From the NCBI GenBank assembly GCA_963719225.1, contig CAVRAY010000001.1, positions 2,368,001 through 2,432,000 of the forward strand: a DNA stretch of 64,000 bases, read 5' to 3'. This DNA is from Thermoanaerobaculia bacterium (GTDB taxonomy: Bacteria; Acidobacteriota; Thermoanaerobaculia; UBA5066). This document shows, in pieces, positions 49,001 to 57,129 of this stretch. Position 1 is the stretch's first letter. Every line of letters begins with the position of its first letter. The translations under genes and the position numbers were made by a program. Under the pieces are notes generated by a model. That model ran no database searches. It was given only the letters and a program-made list of their open reading frames with translations, and was not told the DNA's origin.

Positions 49001-49228
49001 AAGGAAGAACCCGTCGCGCGCGAAGTGCTCGGCGATCTTCGTGAAGTAGGGGATCGCCTCCTCGTTGCGGTTCAGACGCGTGAGGAGATCGCCGACCTTG
49101 TTCAGGATATTGATGTCGCCCGGGATCTCCTCGAGGACTTTCTGATAGTCCTTCAGCGCGGAGTCGACCTTTCCCTTCGCCAGGGATTTCTCGGCCGAAG
49201 CCACGAGCACGTCGCGCTTGCTCGCCAT
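46070..49228 (-). CDS. Tetratricopeptide repeat protein with long acidic/Pro-rich linker
   Basis: N- and C-terminal TPRs (e.g. THYNLGIAYKEM), central E/P-rich low-complexity region. Confidence 0.88.
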   Translation of the reverse strand: MASKRDVLVASAEKSLAKGKVDSALKDYQKVLEEIPGDINILNKVGDLLTRLNRNEEAIPYFTKIAEHFARDGFFLRGIAIYKKINRLDPSRLDVYERLAELYAKQGLTTEAKSQYQVLADYHAKNDNPVAAIGIYQKMVQTDPPNIQLHVKLADLYSQARRKIDALKEYAVVAGLLRERGALDESIQVYEKALQMSPDNAEILRAFVPILVESGRAHDARVALRRALETTPRSVPLFLLSAEAALAENDVREAQEWVGKAQSIESAAAEVLAVALKVQQAGGTTTLSFEAAAVLADQAMRRGEAKKALSILAPLAESNPGREDVLLRVIQVAEAAGDTQTVIRWRSALVDAHKSQGRIGDAATGLRALMLLVPDSAEYRTRLAQLEPPAPRQEVERAGSRSQPAIPVVPPLETSGKRPRPSSEMSAQRRLPVEPEAPIPPPPSFASAPPPAVAAEGEFILEFEDDQLVHEPGSTGPVPNAVRRLSQSMPSFPQPSAPGPVAPPLAPLPPIKPLGPAQEEEVEAALEVEVEPVGEPSFAPSSEEGISDWSEAPRPAPRETDLEVETALPADEFEVSVEPASIPVEGESIELSGEPLSAVEQPATAAEAETAVEAETAVEAETAVEEVLAPDAIESALAEADVFRKYGLYDKAVEHLRGVLKNAPDTLPLREKLFELALEGGRKNVAIAEAEQLKSLYRTEGRDDRVSAIDALLVERTSTEMGEASESHPGLPAALRDTLPRARPSKEPASAAAPPPPAPAGRAEPAVAATEPPADELLEIDFCLEQGMVVDASERLQTLERLFPGHPQLARRRTRLEGGAGEDARPALRDILSEDFESVLDAELGKALTDEMARGAEGAPPATPVPVPAGPPLDESSLFSDEQEFFNFAGELQTEMRQEAGAAAVPEVSGDVPLEEIFREFKKGVEQQLSPEDYETHYNLGIAYKEMSLTDEAISEFQKAAKSPQYAVECCSMLGLCFLEKGLPQLAIKWYRKGLDTTGIREEDRMGLQYDLANLYADLGDRENAYRTFLEIYGSNASFRDVGERLKELAPA
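47354..47409. repeat. 18-bp tandem repeat x3 (AETAVE)
   Basis: TTCCACGGCGGTTTCCGC units, in frame in the TPR gene. Confidence 0.85.
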
Positions 49229-49236
49229 GATCGAGG

Positions 49237-49920
49237 TTACGCCGCCCTCGAGGCGCGGCGGACGACGACGCGGTCGAACGTCAGCCGGTGCTCCGGCGAG
49301 GGGCCGTGGCGGCGCAGCGCGGAGATGTGCTCGGGGGTCGCATATCCCCGATGTGATCGGAAGCCATAGAACGGGAAGCGCACCTCGAGCTCGTCCATGC
49401 GCGCGTCGCGCTCCACCTTCGCGACGATCGAGGCTGCGGCGATCGCCGCCACACGCCCGTCTCCGCGAATGTACGCCTCCTGGGCCGCCTCGAGTCCCGG
49501 AACTCGGACCGCGTCGACCAGGACGAGCGTCGGCACGAGTCCGGTGCCGCGCAGGATCTCGAGCGCGCGGCGCATCGCGAGAAGAGTGGCGGCCACGATG
49601 CCGATCGCGTCGATTTCGGCCGCGGTCGCGGCGCCGACCGCCGCACCCACCGCGGCGAGACGGATCCGGGGTGCGAGGGCTTCACGGACTTCCGGCAGAA
49701 GAGCCTTGGAATCGTCGAGGCCGGGCAGCGTCAAGAGGCGGTCGAAGACGACGGCACCGGCGTACACCGGACCCGCGAGACAGCCGCGCCCGACCTCGTC
49801 CACGCCCGCGATCAGGACGTGGCCCCGGGAGCGCGCCTCCTCCTCGATGGCGAAGAGCCTTCTCACCCGCTCCCGCTCCCTCGCGAGGTCGCATGCGTTC
49901 CGACTCCCGCCAGATCCCAT
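49237..49920 (-). CDS. rnhB: Ribonuclease HII
   Basis: GVDEVGRGCLAGPV, DDSK, IAAASIVAKVERD, GYAT. Confidence 0.95.
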   Translation of the reverse strand: MGSGGSRNACDLARERERVRRLFAIEEEARSRGHVLIAGVDEVGRGCLAGPVYAGAVVFDRLLTLPGLDDSKALLPEVREALAPRIRLAAVGAAVGAATAAEIDAIGIVAATLLAMRRALEILRGTGLVPTLVLVDAVRVPGLEAAQEAYIRGDGRVAAIAAASIVAKVERDARMDELEVRFPFYGFRSHRGYATPEHISALRRHGPSPEHRLTFDRVVVRRASRAA

Positions 49921-49969
49921 CGTGCCTCGCTTCCCGGCCGGAGCTTCGCACCGGCGCGGCGATTCCGGA

Positions 49970-50320
49970 TCAGTTGTCGCGCTTCTCCGCGATGCGGGCG
50001 GCCTTGCCGCGGCGATCCCGAAGGTAGTACAGCTTCGCGCGCCGCACCTGGCCATGGCGTTCGACCTCGATCTTCTCGAGCACGGGCGAATGCACCGGGA
50101 ACGTGCGCTCCACGCCGACACCCTGCGAGATCTTGCGGACCGTGAACGTCTCGCGCGCGCCTCCGCCCTTGCGGGCGATCACGAGGCCGTGGAACACCTG
50201 GATGCGCTCCTTCTCGCCTTCCTTGACCTTCACGTGGACCTTGACGGTATCGCCGGGGGAAAACGGCGGCACGTCCGGCCGCAGGGCGGCTTTTTCGGCC
50301 ATCAGAAGTTTGTCCGTCAT
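49970..50320 (-). CDS. rplS: 50S ribosomal protein L19
   Basis: [38 protein letters not shown]; RBS GGAGG. Confidence 0.97.
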   Translation of the reverse strand: MTDKLLMAEKAALRPDVPPFSPGDTVKVHVKVKEGEKERIQVFHGLVIARKGGGARETFTVRKISQGVGVERTFPVHSPVLEKIEVERHGQVRRAKLYYLRDRRGKAARIAEKRDN

Positions 50321-50413
50321 CGCGGAACCTCCAAAATCGTGGTGACGGGACGAAACAGGCGGGGACACTTCGACCGGCACCCCGAAAAAACCGTTCACCC
50401 GTGAGACGCGATT

Positions 50414-51160
50414 CTAAGGCGAACGCCGCTCGCTCGCAAGTCTCTCCAGGAGTGCTCTTTCCTCGTCGTCGAGCTTCGCTTCCTGAAGGAGGTCCGGGCG
50501 CCTCTCGAGCGTGGCGAGAAGCTGCTGCTCCCGCCGCCAACGCCGGATTTCCTCGTGATGCCCGGAGAGGAGCACCTCCGGCACCTCGAATCCCCGGAAC
50601 GAACGCGGGCGGCTGTAGTGCGGGTAGTCGAGGAGCCCGTCCTCGAAGCTGTCCGCCACGACGCTCGCGGCGTCCTGGACCACGCCGGGGAGATAGCGGG
50701 ACACGGCCTCGAGGATCGCGAGCGCCGCCGCTTCTCCTCCGGAAAGGACGAAGTCCCCGAGAGAGATCTCCTGATCGAACAGGCCCTGGAGGCGCGTCCT
50801 CTCGTCGATTCCCTCGTAACGGCCGCAGACGAGCGCGACGCGCGGGAGGGCGGCGACCTCGCGCGCGCGACCCGAATCGAACCGGCGGCCCTGGGGCGAG
50901 AGGAACACGACGCGCGGCGGAGGCCCCGCGTCGCTGCGAAGGGCTTCCACCGCCGCGAAGACGGGCGGAGCCGTCAGGACCATCCCCGGACCGCCCCCGT
51001 AGGGCTCGTCGTCCACCTTGCGGTGCGGATCATCGGAGAACTCGCGCAGATCGACGAGATGGACGTCCAGGATTCCCGCCTCTATCGCGCGCCCCACGAG
51101 AGACTCCCCGAGCGGGGAGGCGAAGTAGCCTGGGAAAAGCGTCACGATGTCGAACCGCAC
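50414..51160 (-). CDS. trmD: tRNA (guanine-N1)-methyltransferase
   Basis: VDDEPYGGGPGM, CGRYEGIDER, SLGDFVLSGGE. Confidence 0.97.
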   Translation of the reverse strand: MRFDIVTLFPGYFASPLGESLVGRAIEAGILDVHLVDLREFSDDPHRKVDDEPYGGGPGMVLTAPPVFAAVEALRSDAGPPPRVVFLSPQGRRFDSGRAREVAALPRVALVCGRYEGIDERTRLQGLFDQEISLGDFVLSGGEAAALAILEAVSRYLPGVVQDAASVVADSFEDGLLDYPHYSRPRSFRGFEVPEVLLSGHHEEIRRWRREQQLLATLERRPDLLQEAKLDDEERALLERLASERRSP

Positions 51161-51169
51161 GCGCCGAGA

Positions 51170-51688
51170 CTAGTCCAGGAGGCCTTCCGGCGGGTCGAGG
51201 ACGATGCGCCGCTTCGCGACGTCGACGGAAACCACGATCGGACGGGAGAACGGGACGTCGCGCGCGCCGCGCGCCGTCTCGAGGACGAGGAGGGACCGCC
51301 CCCCGACGTCAGCAAGCTCCGTGACCCGCCCGAGCACGGTACCCGCCGCGTCGACGGCGAGCGCGCCCTCGATCTCCCAGTGGTAGACGTACCCCTCGGG
51401 TCGGGGAGCGACGTCCCGCGCGCTCACGCTCAGATCCGCGTTCCGAAGCGTCTCGGCCATCGAAACGTCCGAGATTCCTTCGAAGGTGAGGAGCACACGG
51501 CCTTGATGGGGGCGCACCGCCGCGATGCGCACCTCTCGCTCCTCGTGCGCACCGCCGGAGAGGCGGACTCTCAACCCTTCTGAGAATCTCTCCGGAAAAT
51601 CCGTCAACACTTCGACGACGACCTCTCCCTTGAGGCCGTGCGGCTTCACGACTTGACCAATGACGACGCGATCTTCCGGCGCGGTCAT
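51170..51688 (-). CDS. rimM: Ribosome maturation factor RimM
   Basis: GQVVKPHGLKGEV, PRC barrel, PPEGLLD; conserved synteny. Confidence 0.94.
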   Translation of the reverse strand: MTAPEDRVVIGQVVKPHGLKGEVVVEVLTDFPERFSEGLRVRLSGGAHEEREVRIAAVRPHQGRVLLTFEGISDVSMAETLRNADLSVSARDVAPRPEGYVYHWEIEGALAVDAAGTVLGRVTELADVGGRSLLVLETARGARDVPFSRPIVVSVDVAKRRIVLDPPEGLLD

Positions 51689-51725
51689 TCGATCGCTCCC
51701 GGGCGCGCCCGCTCGCGGGCGCGCC

Positions 51726-51959
51726 TCAGACCGGCTTGGCGATGAGCTTCCGAACGGTCTCCGACGCTCTCGCCCCTTTCGCGATCCAGGCCTTGGCCTT
51801 GTCGCGGTCGAAGTCGAGACGAGGCGGGTTCTTCGTCGGGTCGTAATGGCCGAGCTCCTCGACGATCTTCGCGGTCGGCGTGCGGCGGGAGTCCGAGACG
51901 ACGATGCGGTAGGCCGGTGCGTTCGTGCCGCCGACGCGGCGCAGGCGAATCTTGAGCAT
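51726..51959 (-). CDS. rpsP: 30S ribosomal protein S16
   Basis: MLKIRLRRVG..PAYRIVVSDSR...LGHYDP. Confidence 0.96.
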   Translation of the reverse strand: MLKIRLRRVGGTNAPAYRIVVSDSRRTPTAKIVEELGHYDPTKNPPRLDFDRDKAKAWIAKGARASETVRKLIAKPV

Positions 51960-51991
51960 GACGTTTCCTTCCGTTCTTCGAACGACGAGGG

Positions 51992-53293
51992 TCAGCCGCG
52001 CATGCGCGCGGCACCCTTCATCATCTTCTTCATCGACAGGTATTGCTTCAGGAGCTGGTTCACTTCCGGCACCGACGTGCCGGAGCCCTTCGCGATGCGT
52101 TTCTTCCGGCTGCCGTCGAGGAGCTTCGGGTCTTCGCGCTCGGCCGGAGTCATCGAGTCGATCATCGCCTCGAGGCTCTTCGTCGCGTTCTCCGGGATGT
52201 CGAGGTTCGCGAGCCCCTTGAGAGGTCCGACCTTCGGCAGGTGTCCGAGCAGACCGCCCAGAGGACCCATCTTCTTGAGCTGCGACATCTGCTCGCGGAG
52301 GTCGGTCAGAGTGAACGTGTTCTTCCGCAGCTTCTCGGCGGTCCGAAGGGCTGCGGCTTCATCGGTCTCGGCCGAGACCTTCTCGATGAGCGTGAGGACG
52401 TCGCCGAGGCCGAGGAGCCGCGAGGCCGCGCGATCGGGATGAAACAGCTCGAGCTCGCCCACTCTCTCGCCCGTTCCCACGAACTTCAAAGGCTTGCCCA
52501 CGACCGTCGCGATCGAAAGCGCGGCGCCTCCCCGGGCGTCGCCGTCCGTCTTCGTCAGGATCACCCCGGTGAGCGGCAGCTTCGCGGCGAAGGCCTCTGC
52601 CGAGCGCACGGCGTCCTGGCCCGTCATCGCGTCGGCCACGAACAGGATCTCATCGGGCTCGGAGGCGTCACGAATGCGCGCGACCTCGTCCATCAGGACC
52701 TCGTCGATGTGCAACCGTCCCGCGGTGTCCACGATCGCGACGTCGTATCCGAGGAGCCTGGCGTCCTTGACCGCGGACTTCGCGCGGACGACCGCGTCGG
52801 GCTCGCCCTTCGGATCGAACGACATGAGGCCGTTCTCTTTCGCGAGCGTCCGCAGCTGCTCCGTCGCCGCGGGGCGGTGCACGTCGGCGGGGACGAGCAG
52901 CACCTGCTTGCGAAACGAGGTCTTGAGGTGGAGGGCAAGCTTCGCAGCGGTGGTCGTTTTTCCCGAGCCCTGGAGCCCCACGAGGAGGATCACGGAAGGG
53001 CGCTTTTTCAGGGCAAGCGGCGCCTGCTCGCCTCCGAGGACGCGCGTGAGCTCGTCCCTCACGATCTTGATGACCTGCTGCGTCGGCGAGAACGAGGTCA
53101 GGACCTCCTCGCCCACCGCCTTTTCACGCACGCGGGCCGTGAAGTCCTTTACAACCTGCAGGTTGACGTCGGCCTCCAGGAGCGCCGTCCGGATCTCCTT
53201 GAGCGCCTCGTCCACGTGGAACTCGGTGAGGTGTCCCTCGCCGCGAAGCTCCTTGAAGACGCGCTGGAGACGATTTGAGAGGGATTCGAACAT
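51992..53293 (-). CDS. ffh: Signal recognition particle protein Ffh
   Basis: MFESLS, GLQGSGKTT, DTAGR, TKTDGDARGG, M domain RIAKGSG. Confidence 0.97.
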   Translation of the reverse strand: MFESLSNRLQRVFKELRGEGHLTEFHVDEALKEIRTALLEADVNLQVVKDFTARVREKAVGEEVLTSFSPTQQVIKIVRDELTRVLGGEQAPLALKKRPSVILLVGLQGSGKTTTAAKLALHLKTSFRKQVLLVPADVHRPAATEQLRTLAKENGLMSFDPKGEPDAVVRAKSAVKDARLLGYDVAIVDTAGRLHIDEVLMDEVARIRDASEPDEILFVADAMTGQDAVRSAEAFAAKLPLTGVILTKTDGDARGGAALSIATVVGKPLKFVGTGERVGELELFHPDRAASRLLGLGDVLTLIEKVSAETDEAAALRTAEKLRKNTFTLTDLREQMSQLKKMGPLGGLLGHLPKVGPLKGLANLDIPENATKSLEAMIDSMTPAEREDPKLLDGSRKKRIAKGSGTSVPEVNQLLKQYLSMKKMMKGAARMRG

Positions 53294-53358
53294 CGCCCGG
53301 GCTGCGGAGTCTATCAGGCCGGAGAGAGCGGCTCTGAGAGTCCAACTCATTCATGGGC

Positions 53359-53386
53359 TTGACAGAACGCGGGATTCCCGTATCCT
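53359..53386 (+). promoter_or_regulatory. Sigma70-type promoter of the lipoprotein gene
   Basis: TTGACA (53359), 16-bp spacer, TATCCT (53381). Confidence 0.6.
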
Positions 53387-53523
53387 CTCTGCGAAGCTCG
53401 AGGCGGTACGAACCGTCTACTAGGTGTCTGTGTCCGTCAAGGACGACCCTCGAGTCCCGGATTTTTATCGCTCAGACAGGCCTTCAACGACCTGATCGAT
53501 CACACATTAAGGAGTACCCCGAA

Positions 53524-53754
53524 ATGAAGAAGCTCACGTCCGCCCTCGCCCTCGTCGCCGTCGCAGCGTCTCTCGTCGCCTGCAACAAGCCCGAGGAGAA
53601 GAAGACCGAAATCAAGGTTGAGGCTCCCAAGGTCGTCGAGGAGACCAAGACGACCACCACGAGCACGATGACCACGGCCCCCATGGCCGGGACGGCCTCC
53701 ACGACCTCCACGACCACCACGACCACGACGTCCGCCGCTCCCGCCACGAAGTAA
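53524..53754 (+). CDS. Small lipoprotein with Thr-rich tail
   Basis: RBS TAAGGAG; MKKLTSALALVAVAASLVAC lipobox; 76 aa. Confidence 0.85.
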   Translation: MKKLTSALALVAVAASLVACNKPEEKKTEIKVEAPKVVEETKTTTTSTMTTAPMAGTASTTSTTTTTTTSAAPATK

Positions 53755-53779
53755 GCGGCGAGCTCCCAGGAACATCGAG

Positions 53780-53810
53780 ACGCCCCGGCGAGCCGGGGCG
53801 TTTTCGTTTT
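53780..53810 (+). terminator. Rho-independent terminator
   Basis: ACGCCCCGGC-GA-GCCGGGGCGT inverted repeat followed by TTTCGTTTT. Confidence 0.85.
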
Positions 53811-53850
53811 CGGGCACCCGACTTGCTAAACGGACGGACCGGAGGAACCG

Positions 53851-54663
53851 ATGAAGATTTCGTCGCTCTTTGGGGCCTCCCTTCTGGGTGCTCTCTGCCT
53901 TTCCGCGCTGCGCTCCCCCGCGGACACGATCTCGTCGATGGATTCGTTCCTCCCGGCCGTCCACATCAACGGAGCCAGCGGCGTTTTTCGAACCGACGTG
54001 ACGATCTTCAATCCGGATCCGTCCGCCGCCGCCGCCGTCGATCTCTATTACACGGAAGCCGACCGAGACGGTTCTTCGAGTATCCCGTACCCCATTCCCG
54101 GCGATCTCGGACCGCGCTCCTCGGTCACGCTTACGGACGTCGTCCTTTCCACGTTCGGTTTCGGGTCGAGCTACGGCCTGATCGACATCAAGAGCTCTCT
54201 GCCGATCCACGTCACGAGCAACACGTACAACGTCGCCGGCGCCGTGCCGGGCACGTACGGACAGTTTTCGCCCGGCCAGCCGAAGCGAAACGCCGTCGGA
54301 TTCGACAACTCCATTCTCGGCGACCTGTATCTCACGGGAATCCCGAATGACTCGAATCACCGGACGAACGCCGTGGTCATGAATCCGACCGAGTTCCCGC
54401 TCGAGGCCGGCCTCGAGCTCGTGGACCGGGATGGCAACCCGTACAAAACGGTCCTCGTCAACGTCCCTCCGTTCTCGCTCCATCAGCTCAACGACATCTT
54501 TCACGACGCCTTCGCCTCGGCCTCTCCTCCGGTGGGCGGCCCGTGGCGTCTCACCGTTTTCGTCAATTCCTCGAACGGTGCGCAGGCTCTCTGTTATGCG
54601 ACGGTGACCGATCTGCGTACGGGAGATCCGTACCTCCTGACCGGCCAGCTCGCTCGTCCCTGA
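53851..54663 (+). CDS. Secreted hypothetical protein with two beta-rich repeats
   Basis: RBS GGAGG, signal peptide, FRTDVTIFNP / HRTNAVVMNP internal duplication. Confidence 0.85.
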   Translation: MKISSLFGASLLGALCLSALRSPADTISSMDSFLPAVHINGASGVFRTDVTIFNPDPSAAAAVDLYYTEADRDGSSSIPYPIPGDLGPRSSVTLTDVVLSTFGFGSSYGLIDIKSSLPIHVTSNTYNVAGAVPGTYGQFSPGQPKRNAVGFDNSILGDLYLTGIPNDSNHRTNAVVMNPTEFPLEAGLELVDRDGNPYKTVLVNVPPFSLHQLNDIFHDAFASASPPVGGPWRLTVFVNSSNGAQALCYATVTDLRTGDPYLLTGQLARP

Positions 54664-54675
54664 GGAGGGTTCCGG

Positions 54676-55662
54676 CTGCGTACTCTCCTCGTCGACCTCG
54701 GCAACGTCCTCGTCCGGTTCGATCACGACGTGACGCTCCGGCGAATCGAGGCGGCCACCGGCGTGCCTTCCGCGGCCCTGCGTCCGCACCTCTTCGGGCC
54801 GATCGAGCACGAATTCGATCTCGGACGGATGCCGGCGGCGGCCTTCTTTCGCGCGGCCGAGCGTGCCGCGGGGATTCCCCGGCTCGACGACGACCTCTGG
54901 ATTCCGGCCTGGCGCGATATTTTCACGGTCGTTCCCGCGGCTCTCTCCGCGCTACGCCAACTCGAGCCTGACGTCGTGCCCATTCTCGTCTCCAACACGA
55001 ATGCTCTTCACTGGGAAGGTGTGCTGCTCGTCGCTCCGGAGCTGCCTCGCCTCGTCCCCCTTCGGGCACTTTCCTTCGAGGTCGGCGCCGCGAAGCCCGA
55101 TCCCGCGCACTTTCACGCCGCCCTCGCGCGCGCCGGAGCGCGGTCCGAAGACGCTCTCTACGCCGACGACCGGCCCGACCTCGTCGAGGCGGCGCGGGGC
55201 CTCGGCATCGACGGATTCGTCGTGGCCGATCCCGAGCTGTTCGCGGACGAGCTTCGCGACCGCGGCTTCCTCGCGCCGTCACCCGCGCACCTGCCCTCGC
55301 CGCCGGCGCACTTCGGGGGCGCCTCCTCACCGCACTTCGTGAAAGGCGTCACGGAGTTCCGGGCGGCGCGTTTCTTCGAGGCTCACGAAGAATGGGAACG
55401 GCTCTGGAAGGAAAGCAAAGGCGACGACAAGGTCTTTCTGCAGGCGCTCATCCAGCTCGCCGCGGCGTGCGTCCACATCGGGCGTGGCAACGCCGCGCCG
55501 GCGAAACGCCTTCTGGAGCTCGCGAAGGCGAAGCTGGATCGGTTCGGGAAGGAAGAGGGGGAAATAAACCTTGGATTTCTTAGAAAGGAAATCGGATCGG
55601 CCCTCGCGGAGGCTCCTGAGGCCCTTCTACGGGTCGATTTGCGCAGCTGGTTTCCAATGTGA
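54676..55662 (+). CDS. HAD family phosphatase fused to DUF309 domain; probable CTG start
   Basis: HAD motifs DLGNV, SNTN, KPDP, ADDR; C-terminal FFEAHEEWE...LQALIQLAAA; SD GAGGAGG 7 nt before CTG. Confidence 0.8.
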   Translation: MRTLLVDLGNVLVRFDHDVTLRRIEAATGVPSAALRPHLFGPIEHEFDLGRMPAAAFFRAAERAAGIPRLDDDLWIPAWRDIFTVVPAALSALRQLEPDVVPILVSNTNALHWEGVLLVAPELPRLVPLRALSFEVGAAKPDPAHFHAALARAGARSEDALYADDRPDLVEAARGLGIDGFVVADPELFADELRDRGFLAPSPAHLPSPPAHFGGASSPHFVKGVTEFRAARFFEAHEEWERLWKESKGDDKVFLQALIQLAAACVHIGRGNAAPAKRLLELAKAKLDRFGKEEGEINLGFLRKEIGSALAEAPEALLRVDLRSWFPM

Positions 55663-55740
55663 CGGCGCGCGCGGCGCCCCTGTTCCCCTCCAAGAAATCT
55701 CTTTCTCTCTCTTCTTCCTAAGCAAAATCTCCTTCTTTTT
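55574..55740. repeat. Motif cluster at convergent gene ends
   Basis: GATTTCTTAGAAAG (55574) ... CCTCCAAGAAATC (55687), CTTCCTAAGCAAAATC (55714). Confidence 0.8.
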
Positions 55741-57052
55741 CCGGCACCCTCGGCAAGACGCCAGCCGCGCGCGCGGCGACTTCCGAGAGGAGCGTTCCGT
55801 CCGGCATGCGGCTCGCCGCGCCGTGCATTCCGCGCTGGCCGACGCCGAGGCGCGCGAGCGCTTCGCCGACGCGCCCGGAAATGCCGCGCGGGCGCGACCA
55901 GCCCGCAGCGGCTTCTTCGAGGACCACCCGGTAGGCCTCGGCAATGCGCTCGGGCCGCCGGGGCACGCCCCAGACCGACGCGGCGCGTCCCCTCTCAGGG
56001 GCGAGATCCGGCTCGAACGCGAGCCGCTCCATGGTCTGCGCGAGACGCGCGACCTCGTCGCCGCCGACCGGGATCTTGTCGGCAAACGCGTCTGGCAGCT
56101 CGCGGAACCAGCCCGTGTCCGACACGACGAGCGGCAGTCCGAAGCCGGCGAGACGGCACACGGCGTGGGAGGTCTCTCCCATCGTAGGATGGCGCAGGTT
56201 CACGGCGAAGGTCGCGGCGGAGGCCGCGCGCCAGAGGTCCACCTCGGACAGATAGCCGCCGAACCTCACGTCCTCCTGGAGGCCGCTCTCACGCACGGTG
56301 GATCGGAGGGCGTCGTCGTCCGCCACGGCTCCGCCGATGAAGAAGAAGGGCCGGCGCCCGGGCGGAAGCGTCGCGAGCGCCTCGAGGATCTTCGCGATGC
56401 GCTTGGCGGGCGACACGATCCCGAGCGTGATCCCGGCCGGCCGGTCCCGCGGGAAGCCGAGGGCCTCGCGCGCCTCGAGGATTGGCGTCCGCGGGGCGGG
56501 CGCGACGTGCTGCGGGATCGTGAGGGCGCGGGTGCCTGGGCACTCCGCGAGAACCGCGCCGGTCACGAGCTTCGAATGCGAGACGACCGCTTCGGCGGCA
56601 CGGATCACTCCCGCGGACATCGGATAGCGCCACGGGTCGAGGTCCCAGACCGGGACGCAGGAGCCATCCCTGAGCGTCGCGGCAAACGCCATCCCGCGCA
56701 CGCCATGCGCCCGTTCCAGCTCGCGGACGTAGTCGCCGGACCGTGAGCGCGTGAGGTACGCCGCCGCGAAGAGATGGTGGAGGACGAACTCGTGGAGAAC
56801 CACGACCGCCGGAGTCCGGCGTTCCGGATCGAAGAGCGCCTCGACGGACGGCGCGTGAAGCGGATCGTTGCCGATCTGGACGAGGAGCACGTCGTGGTTC
56901 GCCTTCAGCGCGGCGGCCGCGTTCGCGGGTTCGTACGAAGAGACCGAAAGAGAGGGATTCTTAGAAAGTGAAGAGAGGATCTCTGCGTCGTAGTCCGCGA
57001 TGCCGGAGCGCGTGGGTGGGAGAGGGCCGATGAAACCTACCGAGAGGGGCAT
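55718..57052 (-). CDS. Glycosyltransferase family 4
   Basis: GPLPPTRSGIADY, QIGNDPLH, LHEFVLHH, NLRHPTMGETS. Confidence 0.88.
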   Translation of the reverse strand: MPLSVGFIGPLPPTRSGIADYDAEILSSLSKNPSLSVSSYEPANAAAALKANHDVLLVQIGNDPLHAPSVEALFDPERRTPAVVVLHEFVLHHLFAAAYLTRSRSGDYVRELERAHGVRGMAFAATLRDGSCVPVWDLDPWRYPMSAGVIRAAEAVVSHSKLVTGAVLAECPGTRALTIPQHVAPAPRTPILEAREALGFPRDRPAGITLGIVSPAKRIAKILEALATLPPGRRPFFFIGGAVADDDALRSTVRESGLQEDVRFGGYLSEVDLWRAASAATFAVNLRHPTMGETSHAVCRLAGFGLPLVVSDTGWFRELPDAFADKIPVGGDEVARLAQTMERLAFEPDLAPERGRAASVWGVPRRPERIAEAYRVVLEEAAAGWSRPRGISGRVGEALARLGVGQRGMHGAASRMPDGTLLSEVAARAAGVLPRVPEKEGDFA

Positions 57053-57129
57053 TTATCGAATTCCGCCCGCATCGAGCAGCGCCCGCACGGCATTTTCCCA
57101 GGAGATCCCTCTTACCCTTTCAAAGCCTC
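56955..57129. repeat. Inverted pair of AT-rich motif spanning the GT4-GT4 junction
   Basis: GGATTCTTAGAAAG (56955) ... degenerate CTTTCAAAGCCTC (57117). Confidence 0.6.

Noticed and set aside
45725-49369. 1214-aa plus-strand ORF and similar long antisense ORFs (e.g. 29596-31956, 42385-44412, 33112-34971)
   Set aside because: Shadow ORFs opposite well-supported genes, expected from GC-rich codon bias; no domain motifs.
53470-53500. Possible SRP RNA near ffh (minus-strand TCAGGTC...GAAGG)
   Set aside because: Lacks the conserved GGAA tetraloop/AGCAGC domain IV pattern and the long flanking helix.
53851-55662. Selenocysteine/readthrough fusion of the secreted protein and HAD via the in-frame TGA at 54661
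   Set aside because: A secreted protein fused to a cytoplasmic HAD is implausible, and a strong SD before CTG explains the arrangement more simply.
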